Sequence record: PQ415074.1
Strand: one strand, 5' to 3'
Length of the DNA stretch: 64,000 nt
Origin: Pseudomonas phage Baskent_P6
Part shown: piece after piece, positions 10,248-19,106 of the stretch
Numbering within the stretch: position 1 is the stretch's first letter
How the letters are laid out: each line of letters starts with the position of its first letter
The notes under the pieces: model-generated
Database searches by the model: none
The model's input: only the letters and a program-made list of their open reading frames with translations
What the model was told of the DNA's origin: nothing
Position numbers and translations under genes: made by a program

Positions 10248-10275
10248 AAGGGTCGGTGATCCCGGCCCTTTCCTT
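10248..10275 (+). terminator. Putative intrinsic terminator after the capsid gene
   Basis: CAAGGGTCGG-TGAT-CCCGGCCCTT stem-loop followed by TTTCCTT. Confidence 0.4.
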
Positions 10276-10300
10276 CGTCCAGATTGAAAGGAGGCCCGTT

Positions 10301-10780
10301 ATGGCCCAGTACAAGACCATCCCGCTCGGCGGCCAGTTCGGCGGTGTCACGCCGTATGGCAACCTGACCACCCTGCGTTACCAGCTCGCGACCAACGCGG
10401 CCGGCGTTCTGCTCAACAGCAATGCCGCCGCCGCGCTGGCGGTTGGCGATGTCGTGGCGTTCGAGTTCCCGTTGCCCGCCGGCTTCGTCGCCGAAGACCT
10501 GCAACTGGTGATTTCCGACCACTTCGGTGCTGGCGTGACCGCTGACGTGGGCTTTGCCTACGCCGACGGCGTGGACGACGCGACCTATCCGCAGGACGCC
10601 GCATATTTCGGCGCTGGCCTGCTGCTGTCGGCCGCTGCGCGCCTGCGCACCAGTTCCAGCAAGGCGCTGTTCGCGCTGCCCAAGGACGCCAATCTGGTTA
10701 TCACCATCAAAGGCGCTGCCGTCGCGGAGGCGGGCAAGCTCCAGGTGATCGTCCTCGGCGAGCGCCTCGGCGCAGTCTAA
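10301..10780 (+). CDS. Head-associated hypothetical protein, 159 aa (decoration/head-completion candidate)
   Basis: RBS AGGAGG, ATG at 10301 (internal to ORF 10256..10780). Confidence 0.5.
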   Translation: MAQYKTIPLGGQFGGVTPYGNLTTLRYQLATNAAGVLLNSNAAAALAVGDVVAFEFPLPAGFVAEDLQLVISDHFGAGVTADVGFAYADGVDDATYPQDAAYFGAGLLLSAAARLRTSSSKALFALPKDANLVITIKGAAVAEAGKLQVIVLGERLGAV

Positions 10781-10844
10781 GCGCCGCCGCCCCACGAAGG
10801 GCTGGCCCGTGCTGGCCCTTCTGTCACGCAGGAGTAGGACATTC

Positions 10845-11717
10845 ATGAAACCCATCCTCATCGCCACCATCGCCCACGCGATCAATTCCGCCTACTGCCT
10901 CGCCATCGGCGACAAGGTGGCACCACCGTTCGCCGAGTGCCCGGAAGACATGCAGCGCGGCATCCTGGCCGGCGTGCAACTCCACCTGGACAACCCAGAC
11001 ACCACCCCCGAGCAGTCCCATGAGTCCTGGCTGGCGGACAAGCTGGCCAACGGCTGGGTCCATGGCGAGGTCAAGGACTTCGAGGCGAAGACGCACCCGT
11101 GCTGCGTTCCCTACGCCGAGTTGCCCGAGTCGCAGAAGGTCAAGGACTATCTGTTCCGCGCCGTGGTTCATGCACTCAAGGACATCCCGGACGCTGGGAG
11201 CCTGGACGCCGACGCGCGCGTGGCTGAGTTGCAAGACCAACTCAACGAGGTGCTAGGCAAGAATGCGGCCCTGGTGGCGCAGATGGCGAGCGACGGCGTT
11301 CCCATGCTGGATAACGGCGTGCCCATCAAGTACATCGGCCCGCGGGAAAGCTTCACCGACCGCCTGTATGGCTCCGGGCTGATGTTCACCCAAGGGCAGG
11401 TGCGTAGCGTGCCCGGCGACCTGGCGCGTCGATTCCTCAACCATCGCGACCTGTTCAAGCGCTCCACCGGCCCCGCGCCGGCCGGCGACGACACCAAGCA
11501 GGTGATCGCGCAGGCTCAGCAGGCCCAGCAGGAGCGCGCTCGCAAGGAGGAAGACCTATCGGCCCTGCACCGGGAGGTGGACAACTTCGCCGACTTCACC
11601 AGCCTGGCGGCATTCGCCAAGGACCGCTACGGCCTGAACCTGGTCAAGCAGCACGGCTTGGCGCGTTCCCGTGATGCCGTCCACGCGCGCATCGACCAGT
11701 TCGGTGGCGCGGTATGA
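10845..11717 (+). CDS. RyR-domain-containing protein, 290 aa
   Basis: HESWLADKLANGWVHGEVKDFEAKTHPCCVPYAELPESQKVKDYLF matches the ryanodine-receptor RyR repeat pattern (HxxWxxxxxxxGWxxG...HPxLvPYxeLxxxxKxxD); RBS GGAGTAGG; ATG internal to ORF 10809..11717. Confidence 0.5.
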   Translation: MKPILIATIAHAINSAYCLAIGDKVAPPFAECPEDMQRGILAGVQLHLDNPDTTPEQSHESWLADKLANGWVHGEVKDFEAKTHPCCVPYAELPESQKVKDYLFRAVVHALKDIPDAGSLDADARVAELQDQLNEVLGKNAALVAQMASDGVPMLDNGVPIKYIGPRESFTDRLYGSGLMFTQGQVRSVPGDLARRFLNHRDLFKRSTGPAPAGDDTKQVIAQAQQAQQERARKEEDLSALHREVDNFADFTSLAAFAKDRYGLNLVKQHGLARSRDAVHARIDQFGGAV

Positions 11718-12391
11718 CGCTGTCCGACCTGATCCGCCGAGTTCGCACGGACGCGAACGACATGGTGGAGCCGTATTTCTGGTCGGACCAGGACGTGGCC
11801 GACTGGCTCAACGATGCAGTGCGCGAAGCCGCCGTGCGCGGCAGGCTGATCCACGAGAGCCAGGCCGACGCCGTGTGCCGCACCGAGGTGGTCGCCGGAA
11901 CTGCCGTCTACCAGTTGCATGCGTCGCTATACGAACTGTCGCACCTGGGCTTCTACCCGGCCGATATGTCGCGCCCGACCATGCCGGTGCTGAAGTCGGC
12001 CGAGGTGCTGGACGTGGAGCTGCCGGAATGGCGCGCATGCACCGGCAAGCCGCTGTACGCAATCCAGGGCGACACTTCGCTGCGCCTGGTGCCAACCCCC
12101 GACCGGGCTGGCATTCTGCGCGTGGAGGGCTACCGCACGCCCCTGGCTGACATGGCGCTGGCCGACAAGGACACCGCGCAGCCGGAGATTCACGCCGAGC
12201 ACCACCGGCATCTGGTCCAGTGGGCGCTGCATCGCGGCTTCAGCATCCCCGACATGGAGTCGTTCGATCCGAACCGCGCCGCGCTGGCCGAAGCCGCTTT
12301 CACGGCCTACTTCGGCGAGCGCCCCGACTCCGACCTGCGGCGCATCACCCGTGAGGATGTTCCTCACCATGTAGAGGCATTCTGGCCATGA
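11714..12391 (+). CDS. Virion (head-tail connector candidate) protein, 225 aa
   Basis: ATGA coupling with the upstream gene; part of the structural operon. Confidence 0.5.
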   Translation: MTLSDLIRRVRTDANDMVEPYFWSDQDVADWLNDAVREAAVRGRLIHESQADAVCRTEVVAGTAVYQLHASLYELSHLGFYPADMSRPTMPVLKSAEVLDVELPEWRACTGKPLYAIQGDTSLRLVPTPDRAGILRVEGYRTPLADMALADKDTAQPEIHAEHHRHLVQWALHRGFSIPDMESFDPNRAALAEAAFTAYFGERPDSDLRRITREDVPHHVEAFWP

Positions 12392-12594
12392 GCAAGAAGA
12401 TGAGCGTGGACCTGAAGGTCGGAGAGGTACTGCTGATCGATGGTACTGCCATCCGCCTGGAAAAGAAGTCCGGGCAGGTGGCGCGCCTGCAGATTTCGGC
12501 CGACGAAGGCACCGTTATTCAAAACCCCGCAGCAGCGCGCAGGAGTGCGCTCCAAGACCTGGAGCACACCCCTGATGGCAAATACCCTCTATGA
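12388..12594 (+). CDS. Small structural-module protein, 68 aa
   Basis: ATGA coupling; ORF. Confidence 0.4.
   Translation: MSKKMSVDLKVGEVLLIDGTAIRLEKKSGQVARLQISADEGTVIQNPAAARRSALQDLEHTPDGKYPL
12537..12549 (+). promoter_or_regulatory. Conserved 13-mer GCGCAGGAGTGCG (copy 1 of 3; the others at 12991-13003 and 18475-18487)
   Basis: Exact 13-nt repeat found upstream of three virion genes. Confidence 0.3.
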
Positions 12595-12982
12595 CTATGC
12601 CCGCCAGCGCTTCCTGGAGGGCCAGTTCAACTGGATGACCGACACGATCAAGGTGATCCTGGTCGATACCGGCGCCTACACGCCGCAGACTGCGATCCAC
12701 CAGTACCTGTCGGATATCCCGTCGTCGTCCCGGATCGCTGGCCCGGTCACTCTTACCGCGAAGACCACCACTGGCGGCGCCGCCGACGGTGCGGATGTGA
12801 CGTTCACCAGTGTGTCCGGCGCGAGCATCGAGGCAATCATCATCTACAAGGACACCGGTACCGAGTCCACCAGCCCGCTGATTGCATTCATCGACACGGC
12901 TACCGGCCTGCCGATCACCCCCAACGGCGGCGACATCATCGTCACCTGGGATAACGGCACCAACAAAATCTTCAAGGTCTGA
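12575..12982 (+). CDS. Virion protein, 135 aa
   Basis: Internal ATG (MANTLYDY) of ORF 12440..12982; overlaps the previous gene by 20 nt. Confidence 0.5.
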   Translation: MANTLYDYARQRFLEGQFNWMTDTIKVILVDTGAYTPQTAIHQYLSDIPSSSRIAGPVTLTAKTTTGGAADGADVTFTSVSGASIEAIIIYKDTGTESTSPLIAFIDTATGLPITPNGGDIIVTWDNGTNKIFKV

Positions 12983-13005
12983 GCGCCTGCGCGCAGGAGT
13001 GCGAA

Positions 13006-13431
13006 ATGCAAGGGCATCAACACCCGCACGAGAAGAATGCCGGCTGTCACTGCGTGGCATGCCGGCCGCTTGAACGCCCCTGTGATTGTGAGGGCTGCAT
13101 GAGGCTGATGAGTGGCTCGGGCAAGCCGCCAGCGCAGGGTATCGGTGTCAAGGGTATCGAGCCCAGGCCCATTGAACTGACGCCGAGCCAGGAAATGTAC
13201 GTCAACTGGAAGGCTGTAGGCGCCTTGCCTCCGTTCCAGATGTTCGTTCACGAGCAGGCTCCATGTCCGCCCGACCGCTGCCAGCAGCAGTGGGCTATCG
13301 ACTACGGTGTGCGCTACGGCGCCCAGGTCGGAGACAGGGTGCTGCTGGAGCGCTATGCCCAGTGGCACCAGGCGAAAGGCTACTGGCCAGACGAAACGAT
13401 CCTCGGTCAACCGGTTGAAGGAGCGAATTAA
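13006..13431 (+). CDS. Cys-rich hypothetical virion-module protein, 141 aa
   Basis: RBS AGGAG lies within the conserved 13-mer GCGCAGGAGTGCG; N-terminal CHCVAC...CDCEGC cluster. Confidence 0.5.
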   Translation: MQGHQHPHEKNAGCHCVACRPLERPCDCEGCMRLMSGSGKPPAQGIGVKGIEPRPIELTPSQEMYVNWKAVGALPPFQMFVHEQAPCPPDRCQQQWAIDYGVRYGAQVGDRVLLERYAQWHQAKGYWPDETILGQPVEGAN

Positions 13432-14288
13432 TGGCCGACACCATCGACCTGGACGGCGAAAAATTCGTCTCTCCATCATTCGTCACCAGTGCGACATCGC
13501 TCGACGACATCTATACCGCCTGGGTGGCCGACTTCCAAGGCTCAACGACTGCCTATAACCCTAGCTGGCCGAGCACCGATGATAGTGCGACGCTGCTACC
13601 AATCCCGCCGTTGTGGACCGGCGGGGCCGATAGGTTGGTTGTTTCAACCGAGTGCGGTGTGGAGATTGTCCCCTACCAGTTCACCTCGGCCAGTACGCAC
13701 TACTCACAGGCGATCGCAGGAGTTAGCCGGTACTACTCGATCAACTGCGGGCTGCGCCTGGCGATTATCTTCCACCCGACTGGTGTCGACTCAGGTATTA
13801 CCAGCTTTTCGGGCAACTACAACGCCGACCTGGCGCTATTTCGCGGCACGCATAACCGATCCAGTGAAAACGTCCAATTCGTGGCGCGTGTCGTTCCGGG
13901 CAGGCAAATTGATGTGGCCATCAAGAACACCGCCCAAACTGCTGGACTCCCCATCAAGCTGGTGGTCCTCAACGGCACCACTGTGGTGTCTTCCACCGAC
14001 CTGACTACGATCGTTCAGGGTGGTGTCACACTGGTGACATGCTCCATCTACGGTGGAACCGTCTCGGGCACCGTCGTGGACCAGGCTGGCCAGCCTGCTA
14101 CCCGCATCGTCCATGTTCACGAGCGCGAAACAGGGTCGGTGATCGGTAGAGGACGCAGCGACTCATCAGGTCTGTTCGAAATTCCGGTCATCGCGAAGGT
14201 GGGTACCACCATGTACGTAGTCGGCCTGGACGATGAGAACTCGCCGCTGATCAACGCTGTGATCGCCGATCGCATCGTGCTGGAGTAG
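13431..14288 (+). CDS. Tail-associated protein, 285 aa
   Basis: TAATG coupling; Ser/Thr/Val-rich C-terminus suggests beta-rich structure. Confidence 0.5.
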   Translation: MADTIDLDGEKFVSPSFVTSATSLDDIYTAWVADFQGSTTAYNPSWPSTDDSATLLPIPPLWTGGADRLVVSTECGVEIVPYQFTSASTHYSQAIAGVSRYYSINCGLRLAIIFHPTGVDSGITSFSGNYNADLALFRGTHNRSSENVQFVARVVPGRQIDVAIKNTAQTAGLPIKLVVLNGTTVVSSTDLTTIVQGGVTLVTCSIYGGTVSGTVVDQAGQPATRIVHVHERETGSVIGRGRSDSSGLFEIPVIAKVGTTMYVVGLDDENSPLINAVIADRIVLE

Positions 14289-14290
14289 CT

Positions 14291-17254
14291 ATGACCACGG
14301 GCGTAGAGCTGCGTTTTGACGCAGTACCCAGCGGCTACGTCCCCTCCAGCAGTCGCAACGTCACGCTGGGTGGCGGCCCGCCGGCGAACCTTCCCGAAGG
14401 AACCATCGGAGCTTGGGGCATTCAGCCACCGCTGCTCTCGCGCGATGCCCGGGTAGTGCGGACAATCCTTCCGGACCCGCACGCATCGGCGGATCTCGAC
14501 TTCTCTACCGTTGACCCCGGCTACGTGCCGCCAGCGTCCAATGCTGTGCTGCTTCAGTGGGGTGAGTTGCCGCCGGTAGAGGGCCAAACGGTTTTCCCGG
14601 GCGGATTCAGCGATTCCATGGTACCGCCACCGGCGATCCGTACTCAGTATCGCTTTGTGTTGCCTGTAGGATCGTCGCACCAAGTGTTCGGCGCCGCCAA
14701 GGCTTGGAAGTACAGCACGTTCGTTTCGGCCTACGGCTTCAATTCGAACGTCATCGGATCCCACAACGCACAGAACAAGCACCGAACGGTTCAGCCGACC
14801 GGATTTGTCGCCTACCAAAGCGGGCAGGCGAACATCATCAACCGAAACCGCTATGTGGCGGCCGGCAACATTGCGCCGCCGCCGTGGGGCGCGAATCCCA
14901 CGGTTTGGCTGTACACCCGCTACCTGAAGCCTGGCGGCCTACTGGCGACCGCGATCCCGGATGTCCACCGCATCAGCCACGAACGCCAGTTCGTGCAGCT
15001 CAATGCTGGTGTTCCAGCGCCAGGCATGGGGACGGCATGGGTCAGTCAGGGAACGCGCGTTCTGGAGCCCATTGGCACGTTTCTGGATGCCGTGGCCAGA
15101 CCTATGGTCGGCGGCACGCGCTTCTTGGAGCCGCCAGGCTGGGATTCCTCGGCATTCGGCACGCGGATCATTCCCGAGTCGCAGACGGTCGCGCCTCAAG
15201 GCTTCGCCGAGTTGTGGGGGCAGCAGGCGATCAACAACTGGCTCACCTTTGCCGAGCCGGCCGGATTCCAGAGCACCGTCCAGGAAGAATACCGCTGGGG
15301 CCGCGCAGACGTGTGGAACCTGCGCCAGTACGTGGTCCAGGAGTACGACCCGGACAGCGAGTTGAACCCGCCACCCTGGTCGCAGTGGACGCTGGTGGAG
15401 AACCGAAACCGTCAAGTGGGCACCATCGGCATGCCTTCGCCGCCAGCCGGCTTCCCGCAGATCGACAACAATGCCAGGCCGATCCTGCCAGGCGGCGTGG
15501 CGCCGCCGCAGATCACCACCGCAGCCATGATTGCCTACGGCCGCCGTTACCTGCCGCTGGAAGGCATCGAACCGCCGCCGATCCTGAATTGGCATGCCGT
15601 CTACAACGGCGCGAGGGTGTTGGTGCCGACCGGGAATGCGCAAAGCGCTTTCGGTGTTGCGAGACTGGAGAACACGCGGCGTTACTTCGACCGCATCGGC
15701 GGCTTCGACTCGGCGGATATCGGCATCGCGTTCATCGATTTCGCCATTCGCGGTATCAGCATCGAGCCGCGCTACAGCATCGAGCCGCCGGATATCAAGT
15801 TGCCCGAGGTCAAGCTGTACACGCGCTATGTCGATCCGGCAAGCAACGACATGCTGAACATGGGCCTGGCGGCTCTGTCGATCCACTTCAACGCGATCGG
15901 GCCGAGGTGGGCGCACAAAGACCTGTTCGGCGATCCGCGCATCCACAACGTGACGCCGGAGGTCGCGACCTTCGGGGCGAACGCCGAGGAATTCGGTTCG
16001 GCCTTCGTGCGCCTGCAATGGCGTCCGGTGGCGCCGGACGGCAGCAACATGCAGTTGTTCGGCCAGGCAAAGATCGCCGACCGCAAGCAGACCATCACGG
16101 TTCCAGGCACCAACCTGCTCAGGATGGGCGACAAGCTGGTGGTGACCAAGACCGGCGCGCCGCCGTACTCGCCGCAGAACATCATGGTTGATCAGGCGGT
16201 TAACACCGGAGCGGTGCTCGGAAAGCCCGGTCTGAATCAGTACGTCCTGTACGCGACAGGCATCCGGGCGCCGGACATCGAGGAGCCAACGGTGCGCATC
16301 ATGGGCGTGAACATCGACGCTGGCATCAAGGTGGACGGCTACGGCATGCCAGCCGTGAGCTTGAAGCTGCGCAAGCTGACGGTGGACGAGTGGCCCGATG
16401 CTGAAGTGTTCCAGCCATCCAAGCCGCGCATCACGCCGCACACCATCTGGGCGGTGAAGGAGGCACCCGAGCAGGCTAAGCAGAACCATCCAGCCGGTAA
16501 CCTGCACTATGTAGGGGAAACGCTGGTTTATCCTCCGGGCGAGCGGTTCGGCTCGGCGCGCATCAGCACCTACTTGGGCATCCTCAAGCCATTCCCGCTG
16601 GGCGACGTGTCGAAGGTGGGTGAGCACGCGATCTACCTGAAACGTCGCTACCTAGAGCCGCGGGGTCTGCAGGCGTATCGCATGGGGTGGGCGATCGTGG
16701 GTGATGGCACCCAGTTCGTGGCGCAGTTCGCCGGTGCTGATTCGATGTCACTGGGGGCGCCTGCTGTAGCCCGTGGCCCCTACTACGGCCCGCAAACGGT
16801 TCGGCCTGCTGGTCTGCTGGCCCCTGGCCCAGGTGGGGCGACATGGGTATCGCTGCTGGATCGTCGACTCCAGATGACCGGACTCTCGTCGCTGGCTATG
16901 GGGTATTCGCGTGGAGAGGGTCCGTACCAGTGGCAGTCGCTGCATGTTGGGCCGCCGATGCCGACCATTCCAAGCGGTACCGACACATCAGCATTCGGCA
17001 CAGCCTGGGTTTCGCTGCGGGTACGAGGGGTTGAGCCGGACGGCTGGGAGTCGTTCATCTGCGAATACGACCCGTCGCACTTCGCGGATCGCATGCGAGT
17101 CCGCAACGTCTTCATCCCACCGGGTCCAAATGCCCAGTCCGTGGCACCTGTAGGGTTGGATTCAGTGGGTGTGGGCGTGCCCAATGTGCGGCCAGGTGTC
17201 CACTACATCCGCCCTGACGGCAACGCCGATCAGTACCGCAAAGGAGCCTTCTGA
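14291..17254 (+). CDS. Large tail protein, 987 aa
   Basis: RBS GGAG; long ORF with the coding-strand composition of its neighbours; internal repeated P/G/W-rich segments. Confidence 0.6.
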   Translation: MTTGVELRFDAVPSGYVPSSSRNVTLGGGPPANLPEGTIGAWGIQPPLLSRDARVVRTILPDPHASADLDFSTVDPGYVPPASNAVLLQWGELPPVEGQTVFPGGFSDSMVPPPAIRTQYRFVLPVGSSHQVFGAAKAWKYSTFVSAYGFNSNVIGSHNAQNKHRTVQPTGFVAYQSGQANIINRNRYVAAGNIAPPPWGANPTVWLYTRYLKPGGLLATAIPDVHRISHERQFVQLNAGVPAPGMGTAWVSQGTRVLEPIGTFLDAVARPMVGGTRFLEPPGWDSSAFGTRIIPESQTVAPQGFAELWGQQAINNWLTFAEPAGFQSTVQEEYRWGRADVWNLRQYVVQEYDPDSELNPPPWSQWTLVENRNRQVGTIGMPSPPAGFPQIDNNARPILPGGVAPPQITTAAMIAYGRRYLPLEGIEPPPILNWHAVYNGARVLVPTGNAQSAFGVARLENTRRYFDRIGGFDSADIGIAFIDFAIRGISIEPRYSIEPPDIKLPEVKLYTRYVDPASNDMLNMGLAALSIHFNAIGPRWAHKDLFGDPRIHNVTPEVATFGANAEEFGSAFVRLQWRPVAPDGSNMQLFGQAKIADRKQTITVPGTNLLRMGDKLVVTKTGAPPYSPQNIMVDQAVNTGAVLGKPGLNQYVLYATGIRAPDIEEPTVRIMGVNIDAGIKVDGYGMPAVSLKLRKLTVDEWPDAEVFQPSKPRITPHTIWAVKEAPEQAKQNHPAGNLHYVGETLVYPPGERFGSARISTYLGILKPFPLGDVSKVGEHAIYLKRRYLEPRGLQAYRMGWAIVGDGTQFVAQFAGADSMSLGAPAVARGPYYGPQTVRPAGLLAPGPGGATWVSLLDRRLQMTGLSSLAMGYSRGEGPYQWQSLHVGPPMPTIPSGTDTSAFGTAWVSLRVRGVEPDGWESFICEYDPSHFADRMRVRNVFIPPGPNAQSVAPVGLDSVGVGVPNVRPGVHYIRPDGNADQYRKGAF

Positions 17255-18444
17255 TGGCCACGACTTCCCTGGTGCCGCTGGCCGGCATCAACAACGTCGC
17301 CGAAGATGCCGCGCTGCAACGCGGCGGCGAGAGCCCGAGGCTCTATGTGCGTGACGCGGTGAACATAGACCTGTCGCCGGCCGGCAAGGCGCAACTGCGG
17401 GCCTCTTCGCGCCAGGTCACGGACCAGCCGTTCCGCCAACTCTGGCAAAGCCCACTGCACGGCGACGCCTTCGGCGCCCTGGGCGACCAGTGGGGAAAGG
17501 TCGATCCGCATTCATGGACGTTCGAGCCGCTCGCACAGATCGGCGAAGGGGACCTGTCCCACGAGGTGCTGAACAATCGGGTGTGCGTCGCCGGAACGGC
17601 GGGCATCTTCACCTACGATGGCGCGAAGGCCGAGCGCTTGACGCTGGACACCCCGGCGCCGCCGCTGCTGGTGGCAGGCGCCGGATCGTTGAGTCAAGGC
17701 ACCTACGGCGCGGCTGTGGCGTGGCTGCGCGGCCCCCAAGAGTCGGCGCCGTCGCTGATCGCCTTCGCGGACGTGACCGATGCCGGCGCGCTGGAAGTCA
17801 CCTTTCCGCTGTGCCTGGATGCCAGCGTTACCGGCGCGCGCCTCTACCTGACGCGAGCGAATGGCGGCGAGTTGCTGTTGGCCGGCGACTACCCGCTGGG
17901 CGCGGCCACGCTCATCCTGCCGACGCTACCGGAGCTGGGTCGACCGGCGCAGTTCCGCCACCTGTCGCCCATGCCCACCGGCAAGTACCTGGCGTACTGG
18001 CGCGGGCGCCTGCTGACCGCGCGCGCTAACGTGCTGCGATTCTCCGAAGCGCTGACGTACCACCTGCATGATGAGCGTTACGGGTTCGTGCAGATGCCCC
18101 AGCGCATTACCTTCCTGCAGCCGGTGGACGGCGGGATCTGGGTGGGGCAGGTTGATCACGTCGCCTTTCTCGATGGTATCGACCCGGCAAGCCTGAGCGT
18201 GTCGCGCCGTGCATCGCGGGCTCCGGTGCCTGGTAGTGCGATCCTGGTCCCCGCCGAGGCGGTAGGCACCAACGCATCACCGGATGGCTCGCCGGTCGCC
18301 GTGTGGCTGGCGGAGAACGGCTACGTCATGGGCACCAGCAGTGGCGCCATCGCCGAAGTTCATGCGGGCGTGCTCACCGGTATCACCGGCCGTGCCGGTA
18401 CCTCTGTAGTGTTCGACCGCCGTCTGCTGACGGCTGTAAGCTGA
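17254..18444 (+). CDS. Tail/virion protein, 396 aa
   Basis: Coupled (TGATG) to the upstream gene. Confidence 0.55.
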   Translation: MATTSLVPLAGINNVAEDAALQRGGESPRLYVRDAVNIDLSPAGKAQLRASSRQVTDQPFRQLWQSPLHGDAFGALGDQWGKVDPHSWTFEPLAQIGEGDLSHEVLNNRVCVAGTAGIFTYDGAKAERLTLDTPAPPLLVAGAGSLSQGTYGAAVAWLRGPQESAPSLIAFADVTDAGALEVTFPLCLDASVTGARLYLTRANGGELLLAGDYPLGAATLILPTLPELGRPAQFRHLSPMPTGKYLAYWRGRLLTARANVLRFSEALTYHLHDERYGFVQMPQRITFLQPVDGGIWVGQVDHVAFLDGIDPASLSVSRRASRAPVPGSAILVPAEAVGTNASPDGSPVAVWLAENGYVMGTSSGAIAEVHAGVLTGITGRAGTSVVFDRRLLTAVS

Positions 18445-18511
18445 ATCACCCCGAATATCGGGCCTTCAATCGCTGCGCAGGAGTGCGGCATGGGACTTCG
18501 GAGAGAACCCT

Positions 18512-19102
18512 ATGCAACGCATTAGCAGCGCTCTGCGCAAAGAACTGGCCGCCGACCTGGCCACTGGTAGCTTCGACATCACCGAAAACGGCATTGCCTT
18601 CCCGCGGCTCAGCGTACTGGCCGGTGGCGAATACTTCGGCCGCATCAACAGCGGCGAGTGGGAGAAGGAAGGTGACAACCTGATCCCCACCGAGGGCCTG
18701 GCGCACATCCTCAACATTGCGCTGGGCAGCAAGCCCAAGGTGTCGTATTTCCTGGCCCTGTTCGCCGGGACGGCAGCACCTGCTGCCAACTGGACCGCCG
18801 CCAACTTCGCCGCGGTGGCCTCGGAGATCACCAGCATGACCGAGGGTTACACCAGCGCTACCCGCCCAGCCTGGACGCCGACCGATACCGCTACCGGTTC
18901 CATCGACAACATGAACGCGGTCGCGACCGTAACCATCGCCACGGCGTCGCAACTCAACGTCAACGGCGCCGCGTTGCTGACCAACAGCACCAAGGGTGGC
19001 ACCACGGGTGCGCTGGTATCGGCGTCGAAGTACGCGGCGACTCGTGTGTTCCAGAACGGCGACACCTACGATATCGGCTACCGGCTGAACCTGACTGTCT
19101 AA
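18512..19102 (+). CDS. Virion protein, 196 aa
   Basis: RBS GGAGAG; preceded by a 13-mer motif copy. Confidence 0.55.
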   Translation: MQRISSALRKELAADLATGSFDITENGIAFPRLSVLAGGEYFGRINSGEWEKEGDNLIPTEGLAHILNIALGSKPKVSYFLALFAGTAAPAANWTAANFAAVASEITSMTEGYTSATRPAWTPTDTATGSIDNMNAVATVTIATASQLNVNGAALLTNSTKGGTTGALVSASKYAATRVFQNGDTYDIGYRLNLTV

Positions 19103-19106
19103 GCCG

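Noticed and set aside
8875-10371. 498-aa minus-strand ORF
   Set aside because: Antisense of the major capsid gene.
14704-16627. 495-aa (+, alt frame) and 562-aa (-) ORFs overlapping the 987-aa tail gene
   Set aside because: High-GC frame artefacts (RRG-rich); the 14291..17254 frame has coherent protein-like composition and coupling to neighbours.
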